This document shows positions 1 to 8,641 of a DNA stretch of 64,000 nt, piece after piece; the first letter of the stretch is position 1, and every line of letters begins with the position of its first letter. Under the pieces are notes generated by a model, which searched no databases, was not told where the DNA came from, and saw only the letters and a list, made by a program, of their open reading frames with translations. The stretch comes from Hyphomicrobiales bacterium. GTDB lineage: Bacteria > Eisenbacteria > RBG-16-71-46 > SZUA-252. The translations under genes and the position numbers were made by a program. The stretch spans positions 3,247 through 67,246 of the forward strand of contig JBLMXB010000178.1 in NCBI GenBank assembly GCA_050257555.1, read 5' to 3'.

Positions 1-1
1 C

Positions 2-325
2 ACGCTCCTCCGGAACGTCGCGACGTGGACGCCCGACATCCCCGCGAAGTCGGGGCTCATGGTCGGGGTGGGGGAGACGACGGCGGAGGTGGAGGAGCTC
101 CTGGGCGACCTCGCGGCCCAGGGCGTCTCGATGGTGACCGTGGGGCAGTACCTGCCGCCGTCGGGATCACACCTTCCCCTCGAGCGGTACGTGACGCCGC
201 AGGAGTTCGCGCACTACCGGGAGTTCGGCCGCGCGCTCGGCATCCGTCAGGTGGCGTCGGCGCCCCTGGTCCGCTCCTCCTTCCACGCGGAGGAGCAGGC
301 GGGCGAGACCGTCTTCGTCTCCTAG
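2..325 (+). CDS. lipA: Lipoyl synthase, C-terminal part (5' truncated by window edge)
   Basis: Frame from base 2 reads ...PAKSGLMVGVGET...VTVGQYLPPS..HLP..RYVTP..F...ASAPLVRSSFHA, the LipA C-terminal signature. Confidence 0.93.
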   Translation, partial: TLLRNVATWTPDIPAKSGLMVGVGETTAEVEELLGDLAAQGVSMVTVGQYLPPSGSHLPLERYVTPQEFAHYREFGRALGIRQVASAPLVRSSFHAEEQAGETVFVS

Positions 326-1659
326 AGGATCGCCCCCATCAGGATGAGCCGGGCCGTCGTGAAGTAGATCACGAGGCCCGTCACGTCGACGAGGGTCGCG
401 ACGAACGGCGCCGACGCGCTCGCGGGGTCGAAGCCCAGCCGCCGAAGCCCGAACGGCAGCATCGAGCCGACCAACGTTCCCCAGAGCACGACGCCCACCA
501 GCGCCACCGCCACCGTCGCCGCCACGCGGACCGGATGGTCGCCGTACGTGTGGAAGATCGCCTGCCACGTGAGGATCCGGACGACCCCGATCGCGGCCAG
601 GATCGAGCCCAGCGCGAGCCCCGAGAGGACCTCGCGCCGCATCACGCGCCACCAGTCGCGCAGCCTCACCTCGCCGAGCGACATCGCGCGGATCACGAGC
701 GTCGTCGCCTGGCCGCCCGAGTTGCCGCCGCTCGAGATCACGAGCGGGACGAAGAGGGCGAGCACGACCGCCTGGGCGATCTCCTGCTCGAAGTAGCCCA
801 TCGCGGTGGCGGTCAGGCTCTCGCCGACGAAGAGGACCGAGAGCCATCCGGCGCGCTTCTTCACCATGTCGAGGAGGCCGATCCGGAGATACGGCTCGTC
901 GAGCGCGGCCGTACCGCCGATCTTCTGGATGTCCTCGGTCGCCTCCTCGCGCACGACGTCGACGATGTCGTCGAGGGTGACGATCCCCTTCATCCGCCCC
1001 TCGGCGTCCACGACCGGGAAGGCCATGAGGCGGTGGGTCGCGAAGAGGCGGCTCAGCTCCTCCTGGTCCATCGCCTCGGGGACCGTGATCAGGTCGGTCC
1101 GCATCACGGCCTCGACCCGCTGGTCGGGCTTCGCCGTGAAGAGATCGCGATAGGAGACGACGCCGAGGAGCCGCTGGTCGGGGCCGAGCACGTACGCGTA
1201 GTGCACCGACTCGGTCTTCTCCGCGGCCTGGCGCCTCAGGTACGCGAACGCCTCGTCCACGCTCATCTCGGGTCGGACGCGCGCGTACCGGGGGCTCATC
1301 AGCCCGCCCGCGTCGTCCTCGGCGTACGCGAGGAGTCCGTTCACTTCCTTCCGGGACGGCTCGTCCAGGAGCGACAGGAGCTCCTCCCGTTCCTCCGCCG
1401 AGACCTCCTGGAGGAGGTCGGCCGCGTCGTCCGGCGCGAGGAGCCGCACCCACGAGCGCCGCTCCGCGGGCGGGAGCGAGACGACCAGCTCCGACTGGTC
1501 GTGCGCGCTCAGCGCGAGGAAGAGGTCCTCCGCGTCGGGCCGCGGGAGCGCGCGGAAGTTCTCGATGCGGTCCTCGGCGACGAGGAGCCCCCAGACTTCG
1601 AGCAGGTCGTCCGCCGAGAGGATTTCGCCGAGCTCGGGCTCGCCCTGGGTCGCCGCCAT
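322..1659 (-). CDS. mgtE: Magnesium transporter MgtE
   Basis: YAEDDAGGLM, paired CBS domains, EATEDIQKIGG, SSGGNSGGQA, DPASASAPFVATLVDVTG; ATG at 1659 with GGAGGA SD; the ORF track's upstream extension is unlikely. Confidence 0.95.
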   Translation of the reverse strand: MAATQGEPELGEILSADDLLEVWGLLVAEDRIENFRALPRPDAEDLFLALSAHDQSELVVSLPPAERRSWVRLLAPDDAADLLQEVSAEEREELLSLLDEPSRKEVNGLLAYAEDDAGGLMSPRYARVRPEMSVDEAFAYLRRQAAEKTESVHYAYVLGPDQRLLGVVSYRDLFTAKPDQRVEAVMRTDLITVPEAMDQEELSRLFATHRLMAFPVVDAEGRMKGIVTLDDIVDVVREEATEDIQKIGGTAALDEPYLRIGLLDMVKKRAGWLSVLFVGESLTATAMGYFEQEIAQAVVLALFVPLVISSGGNSGGQATTLVIRAMSLGEVRLRDWWRVMRREVLSGLALGSILAAIGVVRILTWQAIFHTYGDHPVRVAATVAVALVGVVLWGTLVGSMLPFGLRRLGFDPASASAPFVATLVDVTGLVIYFTTARLILMGAIL

Positions 1660-1718
1660 GTCGTGGTCCTCCGATGCTCCGGTGATCGGTCGCGCGTCGC
1701 CCCGTGCGGGGGCGCCCC

Positions 1719-1748
1719 ATCCTAGGGGAACCGGGGAGGGGCGCTCAA
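1719..1748 (-). promoter_or_regulatory. Sigma70-type promoter for mgtE
   Basis: TTGAGC-N18-TAGGAT on the minus strand about 60 nt upstream of the start. Confidence 0.5.
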
Positions 1749-1921
1749 GTGCGGCGCGGGCCGCGGCTCGCAGAACCCCGGGCGGGCGCGCCGGGTCCCC
1801 CGACCCCGCGCCGGGCCGCGGCACGGAGGCGCCGAGCCGAACCAGGCCTGTTCGATCGCGGCCGGGAGGGGTATCGTCATGGGGTGCGTTCGATCCGACG
1901 TCCGAACCGAGAGGCCCGATC

Positions 1922-3367
1922 ATGACCGCGCGACACAGGCCCACGCTCCTGGTCGTCGATGACGATCCCGGCTCCTCGGGCCTCCTCCGCGACATCTTCG
2001 AGGGGGAAGGGTACGCGGTGACGGTCGCCTCGCGCGGCAGCGACGCGATCCGGGAGGCCACGAGCACCGCGTTCGATCTCGTGCTCTGCGACGTCCGGCT
2101 GCCCGACGTCGACGGCATCGAGGTTCTGCGCCGCCTGAAGGCGCTGAACCCCGACCAGACCGTCATCCTCGTGACCGCGTACGGGACGGTCGAGACGGCG
2201 ATCCGGGCGCTCCACGAGGGTGCGTTCGACTACGTGCGGAAGCCGTTCTCGCTCGACGAGGTGCGGATCACCGTCGAGCGCGCGATGGAGCGCCGCCGGC
2301 TCCGGGACGAGGCGGCCGCCGCCCCCGGCGAGCCGGCGCCGGCCTCGCCCGCCCCCACCCCCACCGCCAAGCCGATCATCGGCCGGAACCCGGCCATGGT
2401 CGATCTCTTCAAGCTCGTATCGCGCGTCGCCGGGACGAAGTCGAGCGTCCTGATCCGCGGGGAGAGCGGCACCGGAAAGGAGCTGATCGCCCGCACGCTC
2501 CACGCCGGGAGCCCCCGCGCGAGCGGGCCGTTCGTTCCGGTCAACGTCACGAGCCTTCCCGAATCGCTGCTCGAGTCCGAGCTCTTTGGCCACGCGAAGG
2601 GGGCGTTCACCGGCGCCACGGAGCGGCGCCCCGGGCTCTTCATCGAGGCGAATCACGGCACGATCTTCCTCGACGAGATCGGCGACATGTCGCTCCCGAT
2701 GCAGGCGAAGCTCCTCCGCGTGCTGCAGGAGCACGAGGTGAAGCCGGTCGGCGTGAACAGCGCGGTGGAGGTGGACGTGCGCGTGGTGGCGGCGACGCAT
2801 CGGAACCTCGAGTCGCTGGTCCGTTCGGGGGAGTTCCGCGAGGATCTCTACTACCGCCTGAACGTCGTCTCGCTGCAGGTGCCGCCGCTCCGGGAGCGTC
2901 CCGAGGACATCCCGATCCTGGCGGAGCACTTCCTGAAGCACTACAGCGCGCTCGCCAACCGGCCGCTGGCCGGATTCTCCGAGCGGGCGATGGCGGCGCT
3001 CTTCGCCTATCCGTGGCCGGGGAACGTGCGCGAGCTCGAGAACGTGGTCGATCGCGCCGTCGCGCTCGCGCCCGGATCGATCGTCGAGGAGACCGATCTC
3101 CCCGAGAAGCTGATCGTCCACGCGCACACGGGAGCGCGCGCCGCCGCGCCGGCCGCGGATCGCGCGGGACGGCCGCTGGAGGACGTCGTCCGCGAGCACG
3201 TGCTCCGCGTCCTCGAGGAGGTCGGCGGCAACAAGACCGAGGCCGCGAAGGTCCTCGACGTGCCGAGAAGGACGCTCTACCGGATGCTCGAGCGCTTCGG
3301 AGTGGAGCCGAAGCGGCGCCGGGTAGCGAGCCGAAGTGGCGCAACAGGGCCAAAACGGCACGACTAG
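1922..3367 (+). CDS. Sigma54-dependent response regulator (NtrC/AtoC family: REC-AAA+-Fis HTH)
   Basis: VVDDD, DLVLCDVRLPD receiver; GESGTGKE Walker A; ESELFGHAKGAFTGA; FLDEIGD; FREDLYYRLNV; WPGNVRELEN; GNKTEAAKVLDVPRRTLYR HTH. Confidence 0.95.
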   Translation: MTARHRPTLLVVDDDPGSSGLLRDIFEGEGYAVTVASRGSDAIREATSTAFDLVLCDVRLPDVDGIEVLRRLKALNPDQTVILVTAYGTVETAIRALHEGAFDYVRKPFSLDEVRITVERAMERRRLRDEAAAAPGEPAPASPAPTPTAKPIIGRNPAMVDLFKLVSRVAGTKSSVLIRGESGTGKELIARTLHAGSPRASGPFVPVNVTSLPESLLESELFGHAKGAFTGATERRPGLFIEANHGTIFLDEIGDMSLPMQAKLLRVLQEHEVKPVGVNSAVEVDVRVVAATHRNLESLVRSGEFREDLYYRLNVVSLQVPPLRERPEDIPILAEHFLKHYSALANRPLAGFSERAMAALFAYPWPGNVRELENVVDRAVALAPGSIVEETDLPEKLIVHAHTGARAAAPAADRAGRPLEDVVREHVLRVLEEVGGNKTEAAKVLDVPRRTLYRMLERFGVEPKRRRVASRSGATGPKRHD

Positions 3368-3547
3368 CGTAATCTTCTCTTCAGTAATATCTTCGTAATT
3401 CTCATCCGCACATTGTGCCAATACGCATCAAATTCAACTCCGACTGCCGGTTAGCCCCCTTGAGAAAACGTTCACTTTCGACGCAATAAGTCGTTGCGTT
3501 TGAATGTTTTATTCGATATAATGTTCGAGGCCAAAATTCGATATCCG

Positions 3548-3563
3548 TGGCATGTAAGATGCT
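3548..3563 (+). promoter_or_regulatory. Sigma54 (-24/-12) promoter
   Basis: TGGCATGTAAGATGCT: GG-N10-GC with TGGCA and TGC flanks, in an AT-rich region right after a sigma54 activator gene. Confidence 0.75.
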
Positions 3564-3573
3564 TTCTCGGAAT

Positions 3574-3750
3574 GTAGAGAAACCGGGCTCCCCGACGGCT
3601 TCTCGGCCCGATTCGTCCTCGTCTGCATCTCGCCCTGCCAAGAATCGAGCCGACAAGTCGCCTGGAAAAGGCCCTCGGTTGTAGCGACATACTCGCGATC
3701 GATTGCCCCCCACACTTCGCGAGACCCGCTCACCGAGGGCCCGTTTTTTT
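3574..3750 (+). ncRNA. Candidate sigma54-dependent small RNA (~175 nt)
   Basis: Starts at the predicted sigma54 TSS; long imperfect hairpin 3670-3741 followed by T7 at 3744-3750; no credible + strand ORF; the downstream gene has its own promoter. Confidence 0.55.
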
Positions 3751-3759
3751 CGATCGTCG

Positions 3760-3788
3760 TGGACACCGTCCCAAGACCTTCCTAGACT
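3760..3788 (+). promoter_or_regulatory. Sigma70-type promoter for the PPIase gene
   Basis: TGGACA-N17-TAGACT, 9 nt before GTG 3798. Confidence 0.6.
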
Positions 3789-3797
3789 TATCTTTCC

Positions 3798-6785
3798 GTG
3801 ATGCGATTCGTCGAGACCCCGTCCCGCTCCCGTCGCCGATCCTCCGCGCTTCCGCTCCTCGCCGCGACGATGATCCTCGCGCTCGTGCCGGGCGGCCGCG
3901 CGACCTCCGCCGAACCGCCGGCGCCGCCGGCGCCGCCGGCGCCGCCGGCCGCGGCGTCCCCGAACTCCGTGCTCGGGGACGTGGACGGAATCCCGATCCG
4001 GACCGACGAGTGGGATCGGATCGCGGCGCCCTACTTCCAGGAGGTCGAGGCCAAGGCCGGCCGGAAGCTGAACGACGAGGAGAAGAAGATCCTCCGGCGC
4101 AACCTCCTCGCGGAGCTCATCAAGGAGCGCCTCTGGCTCGCGGACGCGCGCCGGCGCGGCATGAAGGTGGGGGACGACGCGATCGACGCGCGGATGAAGC
4201 AGAGCGCGTTCTTCAAGACCGACGGGAAGCTGGACGAGGCGAAGTTCCTCGCCTTCAAGCGCTCCACGACCTCCAACTACCCCGCGCTCCACGACCAGAT
4301 CGAGTCGGGGCTCCTCCTCGAGGAGTACAACCGCTGGATGGAGCGGCGCTTCGGCCCGCGCGACGCGGAGCTCCGGAAGATCTTCCAGGAGCGGGCCGCC
4401 CTCGCGACGCTTCGCTATCTCCTCGTCGGCCCGGACCTGATCTCGCTCGAGCCGGAGGCGACGCGGGAGCAGATCCTCGACTACTACCAGGCGCATCAGG
4501 CGGAATTCCAGTCGCCCGACTCGGCGCGGATCCAGTACGCGAAGGTGCCGATCGAGACCGCGGAGCAGAGCGACTCGGCGCGCGACGCCGCGGCGCCGGC
4601 CGCGCTCAAGGCGGCCGAGGACATCCTGCAGGCCATCCACTCCGGCGCGCCGGTCGAGACCGCGGCGAAGGTCTACGGCGGGCTCCACGACACGGGCTGG
4701 TTCCGCCTCGGCGAGCCGATGCGCGGGCTGGGACGGTCCGAGGCGCTCACGGAGGCGATCCGGAACACCGCGTCCGGGGCGTGGATCGAGACGCCGGTCC
4801 GGAACGGCCCCTCGTTCGTGGTCGTGCGCGTGATCGAGCGGAAGCCGTCTCGGATCGAGTCGTTCCGCGACGTGGCGGCGCTCGTGAAGCGCCGGGCGGA
4901 CATCGCCGTGCGCGACGCGGTCAACGATTCCCTGGGACGGGCGGAGCTCCGGCTCCATCCCGCGACGTACGCCGTCCCGCGCGTGGCCGCCACGATCGTG
5001 GTCCGCGATCTCGCCGCGTACGCGGCGACGAAGGCGATCTCGCGGAAGGATCTCGACCGGGAGCTCGACCGGCGTCGCAAGGCGGCGGGCGTCGCGAAGG
5101 ACGACCGCGCGTGGCAGGACTCCGTGCGGGCGATCCTCCCGGGGCGGATGCGCGAGGAGCGCCGCGACGCCGCGGCGTTCCGCGCGTTCCGTGACGCGGC
5201 GAAGCGGCTCCGGAAGGACGCGCCCCGGCGCGTCGCCGACCGGGCGCGCGGCCTCGTCGAGTCGTTCGACCTCTACCGCGGGCAGCCGATCGAGGCGCCG
5301 ATGCTGATCGAGGGGGCGTCGCTCGACTCCCTCTACGCGCTCCGCCCGGGCGACGTCTTCGGACCGCGGTTCGCGCGCGACTCCGTCTACGTGGTGCGCG
5401 TGGACCGGCTCGATCCCGCCTTCGTGCCGCCGTACGAGGCCGTTCGGACGGCCGCGCGCTCGAACGCGCTCCTCGCGAAGCGCGACGAGGACGTGACGCG
5501 GGCCCAGCGCTATTTCGCGGAGCACCGCGACGACTACCGGACGAAGCCGAAGTGGATCTTCGACTACGCCCTCTTCCGGAAGGAGGCGGCGGACAGCATC
5601 GCCGTGCCGGACAGCGCGATCGTCGCGTACTACCACGCCCACCCGCTCGAGTTCACCGTCCCCGCGGTGGCGAAGCCGCGCGTGATCCTGATCCGCTACA
5701 AGCCGTCCGATGGGGCCGACGCCCGCGCGAAGGCCCGCCAGCGCGCGCTGGCCGCCCGCGAGCGGATCCGGAACGGCGAGGACTTCGCCGCCGTCGCGCG
5801 CGAGCTCTCCGAGGACCCGGAGAGCGCGGCGAAGGGGGGCGCGATCGGCGACGTCACACGCTCCTCGCTCCTCAAGGAGCTGGCCGACGTGATCTTCACG
5901 ATCCCGATCGGCGAAGTGAGCGATCCGATCGAGGCGCGGAACGCCTTTCACATCGTCCGGGTCGACGAGCGCACGCCGGACCACCTCCGGCCGCTCGCGG
6001 AGTGCAGGGACGAGATCCACGGCGTGATCGGGGGCCCGATCGCCGACTCCCTGGCGTACGCGGCGGCGGTGGGCCTCGCGACGAAAGCGGCCGCGGGCGC
6101 ACCGTTCGACTCGCTGGCGCGGGCCGCCGGGGGCGCCGTTCGGAGCGGGCCGACCGGCCCGAGCGATCCGCTCCCGGGCATCGGCGCGCTCGAGTCGGTC
6201 GCGACGGTGATCGGAAACCTCGCCGACGGCGCGGTCACCCCGGAGCCGATCGCGGTCGAGCCGGGCTACCTCGTGGCGCGGCGGGTCCGCGAGGTCGCGC
6301 CCGAGCCGGCGCCGTTCGAGACGGTCCGGGAGCGGGTCCTCTACGACGAGCAGAACGCACGGCGTCGCGCGATCGCCGACTCGCTGAACCCCCGGATCCG
6401 CGAGGCGCTGGCCCACGGCGCCGACCTCGACTCGATCGCGGTGCCGTACGGCGGCACGCGCGTGACGAAGCCGTTCGGCCGGTACGGGCCGATCCCCGAC
6501 TTCGCGCGCGACCCGACCCTCGCGCGGGATTCCACGTACTTCGACAAGATCTTCGCGTCGCGTCCGGGAGCGCCGCTGCCGCCGCGCACCGGCGCCAGCG
6601 GCACGCTCTACGCGCGGGTCGAGACGCTCCAGATCCCGTCCGCGGCCGAGTTCGCGAAGCAGCGCGACCAGGTCTGGCGGGAGCTGGTCGACCAGCGGGT
6701 CGCGGCCTGGACCGACCGGCTCCGCTCGAGGGCGACCGTCACGATCCGGGACCCGGCGCTCCGCGATCTCGCGCACGGCCTCTAG
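3798..6785 (+). CDS. Large exported peptidyl-prolyl isomerase/foldase (SurA/PpiD-like, several parvulin-like modules)
   Basis: N-terminal signal-like hydrophobic stretch, SurA-N-like helical region, PpiC motif GEDFAAVARELSEDPESAAKGGAIG...GEVSDPIE..AFHIVRV plus degenerate repeats; start GTG 3798 or ATG 3801. Confidence 0.85.
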   Translation: MMRFVETPSRSRRRSSALPLLAATMILALVPGGRATSAEPPAPPAPPAPPAAASPNSVLGDVDGIPIRTDEWDRIAAPYFQEVEAKAGRKLNDEEKKILRRNLLAELIKERLWLADARRRGMKVGDDAIDARMKQSAFFKTDGKLDEAKFLAFKRSTTSNYPALHDQIESGLLLEEYNRWMERRFGPRDAELRKIFQERAALATLRYLLVGPDLISLEPEATREQILDYYQAHQAEFQSPDSARIQYAKVPIETAEQSDSARDAAAPAALKAAEDILQAIHSGAPVETAAKVYGGLHDTGWFRLGEPMRGLGRSEALTEAIRNTASGAWIETPVRNGPSFVVVRVIERKPSRIESFRDVAALVKRRADIAVRDAVNDSLGRAELRLHPATYAVPRVAATIVVRDLAAYAATKAISRKDLDRELDRRRKAAGVAKDDRAWQDSVRAILPGRMREERRDAAAFRAFRDAAKRLRKDAPRRVADRARGLVESFDLYRGQPIEAPMLIEGASLDSLYALRPGDVFGPRFARDSVYVVRVDRLDPAFVPPYEAVRTAARSNALLAKRDEDVTRAQRYFAEHRDDYRTKPKWIFDYALFRKEAADSIAVPDSAIVAYYHAHPLEFTVPAVAKPRVILIRYKPSDGADARAKARQRALAARERIRNGEDFAAVARELSEDPESAAKGGAIGDVTRSSLLKELADVIFTIPIGEVSDPIEARNAFHIVRVDERTPDHLRPLAECRDEIHGVIGGPIADSLAYAAAVGLATKAAAGAPFDSLARAAGGAVRSGPTGPSDPLPGIGALESVATVIGNLADGAVTPEPIAVEPGYLVARRVREVAPEPAPFETVRERVLYDEQNARRRAIADSLNPRIREALAHGADLDSIAVPYGGTRVTKPFGRYGPIPDFARDPTLARDSTYFDKIFASRPGAPLPPRTGASGTLYARVETLQIPSAAEFAKQRDQVWRELVDQRVAAWTDRLRSRATVTIRDPALRDLAHGL
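3915..3950 (+). repeat. Tandem 9-bp CCGCCGGCG repeat encoding a (PPA)n linker
   Basis: About four copies giving PPAPPAPPAPPA after the signal peptide. Confidence 0.7.
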
Positions 6786-6805
6786 CCGCGCGGGCGCGAA
6801 GGGGC

Positions 6806-6834
6806 TTGCCGCGCGGCGCCGGCGCGCCTAGCAT
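6806..6834 (+). promoter_or_regulatory. Sigma70-type promoter for radC
   Basis: TTGCCG-N17-TAGCAT; SD GAGAGGAG before ATG 6895. Confidence 0.55.
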
Positions 6835-6894
6835 CGGGGCTCCTCGCGCGCTCACCACCGCCGCCGCCCCGCTCCGCTCCGAGAGGAGACGACC

Positions 6895-7578
6895 ATGGAG
6901 CGGGAACGCGTACCCTTCGATCACGAATCCGAGCCGGACCGGCGGCCCCGGGAGCGGCTCCTCGACCTCGGGCCGGGCGTCCTCACCGACACGGAGCTCC
7001 TCCTCGTGCTGTTCCGCGCGGAGCGCGGACCGGCCGGTACCTTGGCCGCGCGGGTGACGGCGGCCGTCGATCTGCGGCGCCTCCACCAGACCGCGCTCGA
7101 CGACCTGCTCGCGGTCCGCGGGCTCGGGCGCGCGCGCGCGGCGCAGCTCCTCGCGGCCGCGGAGCTGGGACGCCGCCTCTGGCCCGACGGCGACGCGACG
7201 CCGCTGGTGCGGGGCCCGGAGAACGTCTACGATCTGACGCGCGACATCCGGAGCGCGAACCGCGAGCACTTCGTCGGCTTCTACCTCAACGCGCGGCACC
7301 AGGTCCTGCGGCGGGAGATCATCTCCATCGGCAGCTTGAACGCGAGCATCGTCCATCCGCGGGAGGTCTACCTCCCCGCCGTCGCGCTCTCGGCGGCCAG
7401 CGTGATCCTCGCGCACAACCACCCGAGCGGCGATCCGACGCCGAGCGAGGAGGACCTCGCCATCACGCGCCGCCTCGTCGAGTCGGGCCGGCTCCTCGGC
7501 ATCGAGCTGCTCGACCACGTGGTCGTGGCGCGCGACGCCTACACGAGCTTCAAGGAGCGGAGGCTCCTCCGCGGATGA
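6895..7578 (+). CDS. radC: RadC/JAB-domain protein
   Basis: RPRERL, HhH-like GLGRARA, REHF, GSLNASIVHPREV, AHNHPSGDPTPSEED, LLDHVVV. Confidence 0.95.
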   Translation: MERERVPFDHESEPDRRPRERLLDLGPGVLTDTELLLVLFRAERGPAGTLAARVTAAVDLRRLHQTALDDLLAVRGLGRARAAQLLAAAELGRRLWPDGDATPLVRGPENVYDLTRDIRSANREHFVGFYLNARHQVLRREIISIGSLNASIVHPREVYLPAVALSAASVILAHNHPSGDPTPSEEDLAITRRLVESGRLLGIELLDHVVVARDAYTSFKERRLLRG

Positions 7579-8618
7579 CCGGCCGCGCTCCCGTCCGGCG
7601 ACCCCTCGGCGCCGCGCCGCGCGCGATCGCCACGGCGCTCGCCACGGCGCTCACGCTCGCGCTCGCCGCCGGGCTCGCAGGCTGCGCCGGCTCGCGCCCC
7701 CCCGAGGCGACGCTCGGCGCGGGCGTCGCCGACGATCCCGCGGCGCTCGTCGCGCTCGCCGACTCCGCGACCGCCGCGGGCGACGCGGCCACGGCACGCC
7801 GGGCGCTCGACCGCGCGGTGGCGATCGCGCCGGCCGACCCGCGGGTCCACCTCGGGCGCGGACGGTTCCTGGTCGCGCTCCGGCGCTACCACGACGCCAA
7901 GGCCGAGTTCGATCGGGCCGCCTCGCTCGATCCGACGAGCCCGGAGCCGCCGTACCAGCTCGGGCTCGCGTACGCGCAGGCGGGGGAGACGGGCGACGCG
8001 ATCCGCGCGCTGGGGCGCGCGCTCGCGATCGACCCCCAGCACGCCGGCGCGCGGGCGGCGCTCGCGCCGCTCCTCGAGGCGCGGTACACGGCCGCGGGCG
8101 TGCCCGCGGAGTACGCGCGGATCCCCGAGCAGCCGACCGTCTCCCGCGAAGAGCTCGGCGTGATCCTCGCCGTCGAGCTGGGCGCCGATCCCGACCGCGC
8201 GGTCTGGCGCTCCGACCAGCCCGACCGGACCGACGCGCCGGAACTGGACGGCACGTGGGGCGCGCGCTGGCTTCGCGCGTCGGTCGCCCGCCGCTGGATC
8301 GAGCCCTTTCCGGACGGCTCGTTCCATCTGACCGATCCCGTGACGCGCGGCAACCTGGCGCTCCTCCTGGCCCGGCTGTCGCGCGAGTGGGGCGCCGACA
8401 GCCTCCTCGGCGGGCCGGCGTCGGCGTTCCCGGACCTGCCGCCCCGGAGCTACCTCGAGCGCTCCGCCACGTTCGCCGTGCGGGTCGGGCTCCCGACGCG
8501 CGACGGCGGCCGGTTCGATCCCAGGAGCGCGGTGACCGGCCTCGAAGCGCTCCGGGGCGTCCGCGGCCTCGCCCGGGCCCTCGGCGCGTCGCCGGCGGTG
8601 AACGGGGAACCGAACTGA
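7575..8618 (+). CDS. TPR lipoprotein with C-terminal SLH-like repeats
   Basis: Lipobox LAGC; TPR helices; PFPDGSFHLTDPVTRGNLALLLAR and FPDLP...DGGRFDPRSAVTGLEAL resemble SLH motifs. Confidence 0.7.
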   Translation: MTGRAPVRRPLGAAPRAIATALATALTLALAAGLAGCAGSRPPEATLGAGVADDPAALVALADSATAAGDAATARRALDRAVAIAPADPRVHLGRGRFLVALRRYHDAKAEFDRAASLDPTSPEPPYQLGLAYAQAGETGDAIRALGRALAIDPQHAGARAALAPLLEARYTAAGVPAEYARIPEQPTVSREELGVILAVELGADPDRAVWRSDQPDRTDAPELDGTWGARWLRASVARRWIEPFPDGSFHLTDPVTRGNLALLLARLSREWGADSLLGGPASAFPDLPPRSYLERSATFAVRVGLPTRDGGRFDPRSAVTGLEALRGVRGLARALGASPAVNGEPN

Positions 8619-8626
8619 TCGCGGGG

Positions 8627-8635
8627 TGGTAGACT
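8627..8635 (+). promoter_or_regulatory. Extended -10 promoter, probably leaderless transcript
   Basis: TG-G-TAGACT 6 nt before ATG 8642; no properly spaced SD. Confidence 0.5.
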
Positions 8636-8641
8636 CATAGG

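Noticed and set aside
3406-3421. TTGGCACAATGTGC on the minus strand, and CGGCACGACTAGC at 3356, as sigma54 promoters
   Set aside because: GG-to-GC spacing is 8 nt, not the required 10; treated as possible activator sites instead
3574-3750. Candidate sRNA as 6S, SRP, tmRNA or RNase P RNA
   Set aside because: The 5' and 3' ends do not pair into a 6S rod, and the hallmark motifs of the others are absent
3509-3766. 85-aa and 72-aa minus-strand ORFs in the AT-rich intergenic region
   Set aside because: Atypical codon use and no motifs; they overlap promoter elements, and the sRNA explanation fits better
6895-7578. radC as a marker of a mobile element
   Set aside because: Full-length chromosomal type; no integrase, att sites or compositional shift nearby
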